A DNA stretch of 64,000 nucleotides from Picochlorum sp. SENEW3 (lineage: Eukaryota): the NCBI GenBank assembly GCA_034226945.1, contig CP120459.1, positions 1 to 64,000 of the forward strand, in the 5' to 3' direction. Below, piece by piece: positions 1 to 10,765 of this stretch. Position numbers and translations under genes: made by a program. Position 1 is the first letter of the stretch, and each line of letters starts with the position of its first letter. Below the pieces are notes generated by a model, which ran no database searches, was not told the origin of the DNA, and worked only from the letters and a program-made list of their open reading frames with translations.

Positions 1-1510
1 CTTCGTTCAGTTACGTATTGCTCCCTATACCCTATACCCTGTGCATACCGTCGTTCCTTGGTAGGAGGGTAATGAGGGTATATAACAACATATTGCACCC
101 ACTTCCCACCACACAAACAAAAAATAAACACGATTTCTAAATAAAACAAACACAAAACTACCCAAAAATAAGAAAATATCCAAAAAATCAAAAATAAAGC
201 CAAGAAAAAACACCACCAACAAGACCAAAATACCCTAACCAAAAAAACACACCAACCAAAAAAACATCCAAAAACACCACCAAAAGAACGAGAATATACA
301 ATACAATATCAACAAGAAGAATAAGTAGTATAATAAGCACCTACTATACTATATATACAACGACAACAACAACAACAAAAGACACGGCACACCACAAGCT
401 CTGCTACGACTACTGCTCCTCCTCCTCCTCCTACTACTACTACTACTACAACAAGAGAAGACAACAACAACAGCAACCAACACAAAAATTAGCAAAGCAA
501 AACCAAAATCAAAAGATACAAATCTCATAATAATCATAATGACACAACAACAATCTATACTATACTATACTATGCTATGCATGAATGAAAAGAATCTCTG
601 TCTTCTTCTTCACAACAGCAACAACAGAAGGACACAATATTAAGTAAGTAAGAAGAAGAATACCAATATAAATAATAATGATAATAATACACACCCATCA
701 TTAAAAAAAACGTCGCACAACCAGGGCAAAACAACAAACAGGTCTGCTGCCACATGTCTGAAGAAGAGGGAGCATCTCGGAACAACAAGAATGGCGATCT
801 TCCCGTCATCATCACCACCCCTTGACTTCTTAAAGGACTTGACTGGGACCACCACCAAAAAATACCAACCAAACCAAGCAAGGGTGTCTAAAACAGCCAC
901 CCCACACAACAACAATACAATAAATCCTTTACAATAAATCAACAACCATCCAGCATTCACACCACCACCACTACCACTACTACTACTGCTGCTGCTATAA
1001 TAACACGAGACAACACACCAACAAACAAAGAAGCAAAGCAATCAAAAGAAGAAGAAAGTAAATATCTCATAATAGTAGTAATAATGTAATAATGATTATA
1101 ACATGCACAACAACAATCGACATGAGCAATAATAGCAACCAATAATAACAGAACACAACAAAGCACACAAGTCTCATGCACACAAGAAGAACAACCTGGA
1201 GCTCGACTCACAGACAACATGTGAGATAGAGAAAGAGTTTATTATATAAGAGTTAGAATAATAACTGTGAAATGAATATATAAGGAAAAGACATCATGGA
1301 ACAAGAATGAAATGAAAACAAATCGTCGTCTTCACAACAAGGTGGTGCCATGAAGTCTGTCTCCACAAAGAACAACAGCGACAAGAAGACCAGAGAGAGG
1401 TATAATAAGAAGTATATGAAAAGAATAAATAAACAAGAGACAGGAAAGGAGAAAAAGAATGAAAGGAAATCGTCTTCTTCACAACAACAACAACAAGAAC
1501 CAAGCTGTGG
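1..1510. repeat. Subtelomere-like low-complexity region, strongly C/A-rich on + (CAA, CTA, CAC microsatellites)
   Basis: Runs of (caa)n, (cta)n, (cct)n; only spurious ORFs; heptamers ccctata-ccctata-ccctgtg at 23-43 resemble degenerate CCCTAAA telomere units. Confidence 0.6.
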
Positions 1511-2249
1511 CAAGCACTATAGTACCGTTGCAGCAGTTACAATGCTGGAGCAACTATCAGTATCATCATCATGCATGGAACGCTTACTTAATTACTTAGA
1601 CTTCATGAGTTGCAATGAGGATAGGATAGTAGGATATAATTATATATATACAATTGCGACGCTTCTTTGGGGAAGATCTCGTCGTGTTTAAAGACTGTTC
1701 CACAGCTCTCTCTTCCTCCACCTGTGTGTGCTCCGTATCCAGGCTCCCATCAGAAGAGGTGTTTGATGGAGGAGAGAACTACACTGCCGGTCAAACGTCC
1801 CTTGTGATGGGAGATGAAAAAAGCCACAAAAAGCACGCTGAGTGTGGCCGAGCGGGATAAAGCGTGTGGTTTCATGGTCGTCCTTTTTTATTGTCCTCAT
1901 TTACGGATGGACACGCCTCGCGAGAAAAGAAAAGAGGCCGACCTTACTGATCGGTCCAATACTCTGTCGGACCGATGCCTTCAGTCTATCTACCCCTCCC
2001 GATGGAGACAAGACCTTTGACGAGATACCTCTTCTGCTACCACACCTTTTGTTCTTCTTCTTCTCTACAACTATTACTATTACTGTCGGTTTACTAAAAA
2101 CAAACAACAATAGTTACTGCTGTTGCTGCTCTAGAGGTAGAAACAACGAAACAACGAAGAGAGTAGTAGTAATAGCAATAGCACACAATGTGTGCTCACC
2201 CACCATCCACAGACTCAACCCAATTAAACAGCTTCAAACATATCTCCAC

Positions 2250-3100
2250 ACACACTGATTCGTGGATTCAGAAAACACAAGAATAACACGAATGATGAAA
2301 AAATATGTTCTAATCGATCTATTCTATCGTATGGTAAGTAGGACAACGTGTGAATATAAGGATGGATGTGGACACACACACTTATGCTGCACAGGGATCT
2401 GTTGGGAATCATGCAACACACCCTGCTGTCCTGACACGCGACTGCTTTTTGAGCAGTGTTTCTAGTAGTATGTCGTATCCTTGTACATCAACAATACAAG
2501 AACAAAAGATATATAACAGAATCAATCTGGTTTGGATGGAAATGATAAGTGTTGTCTGTCCACCACACACTATTAGGGAATCTGGCCACCACAGGAGCTG
2601 CTCTGACCTGGATGAATGAATGTAGGATCTACAACTACTACAGAAGAAAAAAAAGAAAGGCTTCTCTGCTACACAACGATCAACATTCAAAAGTAAAACA
2701 TCGAGAACAAAGAAAATTTATTATCATGCGTTTGTATACCAGTCAACAACATTGAACGGAATGTAATAGAACAACAATACAAAAAGAGCCTGTGACAAGA
2801 AAGGAGGTGAGCTCACCCTCAATAGGTTGGTTGTTGAATGGGGCTCTACTAGTATTTGACACCGTGTCGAATAGTCGAAATTCAAAAGGCTGCCAAGCAA
2901 CAAGAACAAGAAAAGGAGTTGAGAAGATTGGAAGAGCAGGCACAGCCTCAAACCGAGGCAAGAAAAAAAAAGAATAAGAAGCCACGAGCCAGGCTCGCAG
3001 GACAAATCGATCCATCTGTTCGAAAAAGAAAAGAAAAATTAAGAGCGGAAAGCACACAGGGAAAGTGCAACGTTCGACGACAAACAAAGGGGCAGTTTCA
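2250..3100 (+). pseudogene. Possible heavily decayed pogo/DDE_1-type transposase
   Basis: Frame-broken fragments in the expected order: KKYVLID.., NHATH-LL..DCF (cf. HTTHLLQPLD..F), HTIR..LATTG, then a K/E-rich tail (IVEIQKAAKQQEQEKELRRLEEQ). Confidence 0.3.
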
Positions 3101-3419
3101 CCACAAGAGGCCCAGAGGTGCATCCCACAACCACCCGCTGGCTTGGTTTTCTTTCGTCTGTCGTTTCCTTGACTTGATTCGATACTATTTTTAAATGTTG
3201 GATTGACACGTGTAATGTACAATCAATACTGCGCAGAGAAATGGTGGGACTCAGGGTCGGTCCACATGAGAGTCCACATGAGAATGGATGGATGTCCACA
3301 TGCTACACAACACAATGGTCCATCTGCCCCTCAGATGGACCGTCCATCCATAGCCTTAGAATGTATGCGTACATTGCCAAACCACCACAATGACACACGA
3401 TGATTGCATACATACCACT

Positions 3420-3570
3420 AGCAGTGGTACTTACTTACTACTAAAGGTGGTAGAAAAGACCTTGGCCATATCAACCCGACCTAGAGCCATGGGCCATGAC
3501 ACCTCAGTGACCGAGGTAGTGCAACGAGTAGAAAAAAGTCAGAGCACCATATTTGGCATTAAATATGACC
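3420..3570 (+). pseudogene. Possible transposase N-terminal HTH remnant (CENP-B/pogo-like)
   Basis: VEKTLAI...MGHDTSVTEVVQRVEKSQSTIFGIK resembles a G.S..E.A......STI..IK helix-turn-helix. Confidence 0.3.
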
Positions 3571-3642
3571 CTCATGATGTATGTAGTGAAATGATACAGG
3601 GGTATTCCCGTTTGTCAATGAGTTGAATGTCCTATCAACACG

Positions 3643-5187
3643 AATTCCGTTCGCGTCAAGGCTGTTGAGACAAGGAAGCCTGCAGTTGTCACGAAGGGCC
3701 ACGCTGATTATTTGTATATATTCACAATGAACCAAATCTATCACCACCGTAATATGACCACCACGTCCACAGAGTGAGAGAGAGAGTGAGAAAGGGGTCC
3801 CCAACAGGTTCACGGGAATGCCATTGACAGGTCTGGAGAGCCAAGACGAAGTTCTCCTCCGGGTGGGTTTCTGTACGAATCACTCGTTGATTGTTATTTC
3901 ACAATATCGCTGAATCAAATTAAGGAGACGGCAGACTACTCCAAACCTCAAGAAAGCGAATGGTTGTGAGTGTTGCCAAGAATGCCAACGAAAGCCAAAG
4001 CTGCTAATTGCGAGCATCTGTCGTCGCCACGCAAAACTGTGGACACATAAACCATGTAACATTTAATACATGTTAATGGTGGTGTTTATTACTCTTCAAG
4101 AGGAGGAGGAGTACTTGATGGGAGCGGAGTAGAGGAGAGTCTGTGTGTTGGTCTCACTGACAGTGTCCGCTCCTGGCATCCATTCGACCGGAGATATCAC
4201 GCCTGGCACGCTCGTCGTCTCTGTCCGTAAAAGACACAATAAAAAAGGTAACCACGCGACAAAAGTGGACAGTTCTGACACCAGCGTGGAAATTTTTGAT
4301 AGCACAATGGTCCGGTCCGTCGACCCGTTGGATGGTAGTAGAATAAGTCACTTTGACTCAACTCTACTCGTTTCTCTCCGTAAATGGGAACAATAAAAAA
4401 GAGCGACGGTGGTCCAGGGTTCGAGCCCAATTTTTTGGTCACAATTTTTTATTGTGTTCAATTACAACAAAAACACTGGGGTGAAATCGTTAAAATTGTC
4501 GTTAAAGTTGTCGTTAAAATTGAAAGGTCACGATTTTTTATTGTGTTCAATTACAGCAGAAAAACACTTGGGTACTTGGGAATGTGTATTTATCAGTCTG
4601 GTGTACAATTGTTGAATATGGGTTATTATACTTGCAAAAACGTCCTGCCGACACCGCAACGAATGCAAGTCCCCATTCAAAACACAGCTGGTCGTCGTCA
4701 ATTCCGTTCGCGTCACATTGGTTGGGACGAGGAGGGGGCCTGCAGAGCTGTCACCCATGGGCAGGAAGGGCCATTAATATGATTCATAGACTCATAACAA
4801 GTCCATCATACGACCCACGTATGGCCACATTCACAGAGAGGGGCCCGTAGCTGTTCCACGGGAATGCCTTGGCAATTACAGTGGACAGAGCCACGACTTC
4901 CAGGACCTCTGTTTCTCCTGATGGGTTTCTGCACGAATCGTTGATTGATATTGCAATACTTTTGAATCAAATCAATGAGACGGCAGAAAGAAACAAAACC
5001 AAGCTCAAGCAGGCGGGTGGCAGCGAGTGTGTCGCGCCAAGAGCACGCTAACTTGTTCAACCCCGTGGGTCTCACTGAACTATGTCCGCTCCTGTCATCC
5101 ATTCGACCGGAGACACAATGTCAACAACGCTCGTCGTGATATTAGTCTGTAAAAAGACACAATAAAAAAAGACGACCACGCGACAAA
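3643..5187 (+). repeat. Diverged direct duplication, 3643-4263 vs 4700-5187
   Basis: Shared blocks in the same order: aattccgttcgcgtca, cacgggaatgcc, tgggtttctg.acgaatc, tgaatcaaat.aa.gagacggcaga, ggtctcactga, tgtccgctcctg.catccattcgaccggaga, gacacaataaaaaa, accacgcgacaaa. Confidence 0.9.
4487..4522 (+). repeat. 3 x 12-bp tandem repeat TCGTTAAARTTG
   Basis: tcgttaaaattg tcgttaaagttg tcgttaaaattg. Confidence 0.95.
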
Positions 5188-5527
5188 TGTGCAAATGGCC
5201 AAATGGCCAAATGGGCATGGTCACAATTTTTTATTGTGTTCAATTACAGCAGAAAAACACTCTCTGGACGTAGCCATACATGGGTGGTATAATTATTTTA
5301 GTATGAATATGAATCATATTACTGGCCCTTCCTGCCCATGGGTGACAGCTCTGCAGGCCCCTCCTCCTCGTCCCAACTTATGTGAACGGAACTGACGACG
5401 ACCACCTGTGTTTTTCATGGGGATTTTCATTCCTCGCGGTGTCAGCAGGACGTTTTTGCAAGTATAATGGCATGTTCAATGCAATTGGACACTCTAGTAG
5501 ACTGATCGACACACATACCCAAGTACC
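4571..5527. repeat. ~270-bp diverged inverted repeat, 4571-4839 vs 5261-5527
   Basis: Reverse complement of 5261-5527 aligns to 4571-4839 (ggtacttggg...attatacttgcaaaaacgtcctgc...gcctgcagagctgtcacccatgggcaggaagggcca...cagaga). Confidence 0.92.
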
Positions 5528-5968
5528 AGAACTGTTTCCGAAGGCAAAGGTTCTCTGTTTACACAAAGGCGTAACGAATGCTGGACTCCATGGTTGAAAG
5601 GACCTGTGTGACAAAGAACAGGGAGACTCAGAGCAGGACTGTAGTTGTGTTTGGGAACGCCTTGATTAATTCAGGAAAACACGGTACAGAGAGGATATGC
5701 CTTCGAGCCCTGAAGGACCTGCTTCGGCAGAGGTGTTGTTTTGTCGAGATTGATGAATTCCAAAGTAGCCAATCCTGCAGCGGCTGTCATGCCAAAAATG
5801 CCCCCAGCAGTCGGGCTTCACAAGCGCTGGAAAGTACGCCGTTGTACGAACAATGGATGTGAGCGTGCTTTCTGGCAACTCTGAGATGTGAATGCAGCCA
5901 TCAATCTTGCCAAGTTTTTCCTGTGGCAAGCCAATGGTGAGGAGAAAGCAAAAGACCTCAGAAACTAG
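5521..5968 (+). pseudogene. Fanzor1 (eukaryotic TnpB-like) nuclease C-terminal fragment, inactivated
   Basis: FRRQRFSVYTKA*RMLD..VVVFGNA..LKDLLRQRCCFVEIDEFQSSQSCSGCH; +1 shift in the A-run 5794-5798; then WKVRRCTNNGCERAFWQL*DVNAAINL (RuvC-II Glu, C4 Zn finger, RuvC-III). Confidence 0.85.
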
Positions 5969-6033
5969 AAAAGGAGGATATCCCTGTTATTGCTACATGT
6001 GTATGATGTACAAAAGATTATACGGTATAGATA

Positions 6034-8294
6034 TTAAAATCCAGATGGGGAGCCATCTTTCCTGGGATCCGAGGCCGCATGCAGGACCCTACTAGAGGGT
6101 CCTCTGTCTATTTTGATAGCCTGAACGACAGCCCCCCAATTTGTTGCATCCCATCTATGTCCTCTTCTCTCGAGAGCCTGTAGGAGATCGTCACTGTATT
6201 CAAACGAGATGCCACCCGAACCCCAACGCTCTGCTTGCAGCGAGTCTGGCACCAACTGGTGGTGCAGTCGGGGCTGCCTCACTGCATCAAACAAGTCCTC
6301 CCCGTAGGCCACGGTTCTCAAAATTGTCTGCAAGACGGCAGAAATGATTCGAGGTCCCCAGAGAACCAATGATAAGGCGAGGTTGATTGTCTTGGAGCAA
6401 AATCATGGGGCTCATACTGCTGAGAGGTTTCTTCCCTGGATAGATGAAATTTGACTCTGATGGGGGAATGCCATACACGTTGCTCTGGCTTGGTGTCGAA
6501 AAGTCATCCATCTGATTATTCAATAAGATTCCAGTGGATGCGGAGATGACTTTACTGCCAAAGCCAGTGTTGATCGTGGAGGTGAGGGAAACAGCCATGC
6601 CAGATTGGTCCACAATGCTCATATGGGAGGTTCCATGGTCGTCTGGCGACATTCCCCGTTCGACCACATTCCATTTCCCACCATACTCTGTCACATTACG
6701 AACATTATTATCCTGAATCACAGACCGCAGTTCCTCCGCAAAAGCACGATCCAGCACATCCTCCATAATGTGCTCACTGGTTGGCCACGAGCTGCCGCTC
6801 CCTGGATCACCGAGAGACATGCGTATTGCAAAAGCGTGTTTCATGGATTCGATTATTCTATGAAATCCGAGAGTCGATATACCTGCAAGTGGAAGGCTGT
6901 AGCCCTCCAAAATCCGAAGTGCCAACAAAACTGCTGCACTGCTGCTTGGAGGTGGAGGCATGAGAAACTCCAAACCAAAGGCCTTCCCCCGAACAGGCTC
7001 CCTCAGCGTCGCATCAGCTTTCTCAAAATCCTTTTTTGTAATGATACCACCATGTTGCCGAATATCGTTCACTAAAGAGTCGGTGTACTTCCCCTTGTAG
7101 AGGGCCTCAGGACCATGGTTGGCAACTGCACAGCATGATTCATCCATGGTTCATCCTCAAATCAGCAGCGTAAATTCAGCGAATCAATCAACCGTACCAT
7201 CTTCCAGAACCTGGGCAAGCATTCCTCGCCTGCAGCAAGTCTCGTTTATTTTTGGTATCCTGTAGGAATTCAGTTTCTTGTCAAACACAAAAAATGTCCT
7301 CTTGAGATCATCTTCGGATGCCTGCACAACGAATGTACGGTGAGATTAGACAACTCATCTCTTCAAAATTATTACGGTTCAATGCATACCTTGAAATTAG
7401 CGTTCTGGAGTGAGGATACCAGATACGGATGGGCTGGAAAACCGTCCCTGGCAAGTTTAATGGCTGGCTGCAGGAGCTCTTTCCAAGGCTTTACACCATG
7501 CATAGAGTGCAGCAAGTATAGTCCTTGAAGCTCTAAAGGCACCGCAATCGCCTTTCCACCCGTCAACGAAAGGTCTGGCTTGCCCTTGAACATATTTTTC
7601 CTTGCCTTTTGGGGGGCAATCTCTCGAGCATCAATCACTTGTGCAGTGCTGTTTGGCAGTCTGCAAGTATGCATCTTGCGCGTCTGTCATTGATACGCCT
7701 TGAAGACAAAAGACAATATATGAAAACGTACCTCACCACCATAATATGCCCTCCACCAATGCCGCTGGCCATCGGATTGTATAAACCCTGACACAGGGCC
7801 GTCACCACTGCAGCATCTGCTGCATTCCCTCCGCCTCTCATCACCTCAACGCCTTGATCGGCACACCTACCATGATCTGATGCTACAGCGGCTCTTTCTG
7901 ATTCGATAAACCTGGGCCTCCCACGAAAATCGTGAAGCATGTCGTAGCTGCCGAGAATGCGTCCCTCTGGACTCACCTGGTCCTTGCCACTCCCTTGCCC
8001 ACTGCTGTAGCAAGGTGAACTGCTCCTCCCGATGTAAAAGGATCCAGCGATTCCAATAAAAGCCAGCACTGCGTGATACCATTCTATGTGTGACACGAAA
8101 TACGAGGGGACAAGAAGTAAAGGCCAACAGAACACATACCAGTCCCCACGACTCCCAGTTGCCATTGCCTGCTCCGCCCTGTCACCTGGTGCCTGCAAAT
8201 ACATTCGTATCCTATTGGTCTACTGTATCCCGAAGCCTGCAGACGAATGACATGCACATCTTACTTGTCGAGCAAACTCACGCCCTCCTGCCAT
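6034..8294 (-). CDS. GGT: Gamma-glutamyltranspeptidase (multi-exon; apparent frameshift near 6360)
   Basis: GGNAADAAV, SGIGGG, IDARE, DHGTSHMSIVD (catalytic Thr), NNQMDDFS, KPLSSMSP, SDPRKDG; N-terminal TM; start codon inferred. Confidence 0.92.
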
Positions 8295-8607
8295 GGCGAG
8301 TCTACACTCTCCACCTCCAAAGGGGCGGAAGAAGGTCCGGCCATAAATTTCTTCAATTGATTCCGCAGAGGCAACGTCTGGACCTCCTAGTAGGACGAAC
8401 GGCGATCCTGGCGGTGCAACCCTCCCTGATTCGCAACATGGAGAGTGGCCACTCGCACAACGATTGTAGGAGAGAGAGAAAGAGAGAGATCTCCAGAGAA
8501 CACGCAGTGTCGATGGCAATTGGAATCTCGAATCACATTGCAAGGGTATAATTATTTCCCGATATTCGTTCGCAAAATGCAGTCCCTGTAGGGTGTTGAG
8601 CAAGGAC

Positions 8608-9275
8608 ATGCAGGTCTGTCGAGCACTCTCGGCTCCGCAGCAGCAACGGCAACTGTCCGGTACAGGCCACCTCGAGTATCTTAAAAGTCACGTAGGAAAA
8701 GCCGTGCTGGCGTTCGGGGGGCAGCATAGACCGAGATGCATCGTCGCAGACGCAGGAAAACCTTCCAGGCCAGTCGAGCATGTTCTTCCTCCTGCCCCCG
8801 ATTTAGGCGAGAGGAAGGCCGAGCAGTCTTGGAATGCATCATCACTAGCATTTTTGGGTGATAGCGTGTGGGAGGTACGTGGAAGACATGTGTGGCACTG
8901 TTGTTGTTGCCAAGGTAGTTTGCTCAGTGCGTCTGTATTGCCACGGTGCAGCTGTATGCAAGGAGGCGTCATTTTAGCCCGCCCTCGCACGCATCTCGGT
9001 ATCGCCAGGCAGTTATTGATCAAGTTCGGGCCGAGGCTCAGTCTGAGGCGTATCAAAAATTGCTCCATGGTGAGATACTCACAGCAAAGGAGGAGCAGGT
9101 GCTGCAGTGGGGGAAGAATGCGCCTGGAACACTACCCAAAAGATTGAGTGCAGGCAAAGTGACACGATCGGTGTATCGGGAGGCGACTGCCCTAGAGTGC
9201 TTGGTGGGGTTCTTGTACGCTTCAAATGAGATGACAAGATTACACAGTATTATGAAATTTCTAGAGCTAGCATGA
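8608..9275 (+). CDS. Mini-ribonuclease III, plastid-targeted
   Basis: [35 protein letters not shown]; intron 8875-8951. Confidence 0.9.
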
Positions 9276-9289
9276 CCAAGGTTTTCAAT

Positions 9290-10400
9290 TCATGGATCTC
9301 GGAGTCTTTTTCCGTTGGTGTGAGGATGAGCAAGTCTGCAACAGGACAAGTACATTGGTTGAATACATTGGTTGACAGGGGAATCACCCGCACATGGACA
9401 AGAATAAAGGCGTACCCTGCTGTGATATCCGCTGCCATCTTGTCCATCATATCGATGGCCCCTCGATGCGATTCAGCAAATTCTTCTGCAGCATTCTGTT
9501 GGGCCTGGACAGGCACCAGGCAAGGGCCAGCACTCTGTGGTTTGAAGACCACTCGTGAGGCATTCTTGGCAATGTCACTCTGTTTTTTCTGCATCATTCT
9601 GTCTGGTGCCGAATCCAAATGTCTAGCACTATTACAACTGTACTTGAAAGCAGGGGCTGCTAGAAGCGACGCTTCCAACAGGGCAGATTGGGCTAATGGA
9701 GGGAGTGATTTGAGCATGCCCACGGCAGCATCCACAGATACCTTTGCAATGCCGCTGGGAAGCTTTGTCTCATCATCTAAAGGCTTTCTATGCTGTTCTA
9801 AAGGTAAGAGAGGGGCCCTCGCTGCGTGCTGTCCCGAAAGAGGAGCTCGATTGCTCTGCTGCAGGGGCATGTGTAGTTCCTGATTGGCCTGACTGACAGC
9901 CCTGTGACGAGAGCTTTCCTTCGGGGGATTCTCCAACAGCCACTCCAAGGTATAATTGCCGCTCACATATTTATTATCAAGCTGTTCTGTGGCGTATTTG
10001 CGTTTAAGAGTGGAGTTCCAATGATTCTTGACAGCGTTGTCTGTCCTGCCCGGGAGCAACTTGGCAATGACCGCCCACTTATTTCCGTGAGCTCGGTGGG
10101 CATATATCACCACCGCGTCTTCCCACTCCGAAAACGGCTCTTTTTTAACCTCTGGGTTCAACTGATTGCACCATCTGAGCCTGCAACTCTTCCCCGAGCG
10201 TCCCGGGATACCACCAGCAATCACCGACCAGTTTTTTGGGCCGTGTTGCATGATAAGTCTACGTAGCAAATCATCTTCCTGCACTCGTCATACACACACA
10301 ATATGATAATGATACCAAGTTTGTGGAGGAGAATGTGCCGCACTGTGCATACCTCGGCGGTCCAAGCGCCTTTTTTGAAATCGTCCAGCGGTTGCGACAT
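9290..10400 (-). CDS. R2R3-MYB transcription factor
   Basis: [56 protein letters not shown]; 5' intron and a probable 3' intron giving stop at 9290. Confidence 0.9.
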
Positions 10401-10765
10401 GACAGCGTGATTCTGTGTTCACCACATGCGTTCAATTTCGTGACACACAACAATTTTTACCATTGTAGATATGGGCAGCACAGGTCCTCGCCTCGCACCT
10501 TGTCGAAACCAACCGACGATGGCAGTTAACAACGGGCACGAAGAGACATTTCTTCCTTAATTCGATAATAGGCTTTGCAAATTTGCGCTTTAAACCTCGA
10601 TTGACCAGGCGATTGGATCGTTGACCGGCCTTCTCCCACGGAGGCGAGAGGAGGTGACTACCAAAGAAAACGCTGTTCAGCCGAGTACAGAGTTTAATAT
10701 CCTGCAAAGTAAGTTGAGGCACGTTTCAAGGACCTGTCGCTGGCGTTGATCCGTCTGTTCGAGAA

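Noticed and set aside
25..1513. Hydrophobic minus-strand ORFs as membrane proteins
   Set aside because: Artefact of G/T-rich low-complexity sequence
9250..9275. Coding overlap between the MYB and Mini-III ORFs
   Set aside because: A probable GT-AG intron (~9337-9414) changes the MYB frame and stops it at 9290
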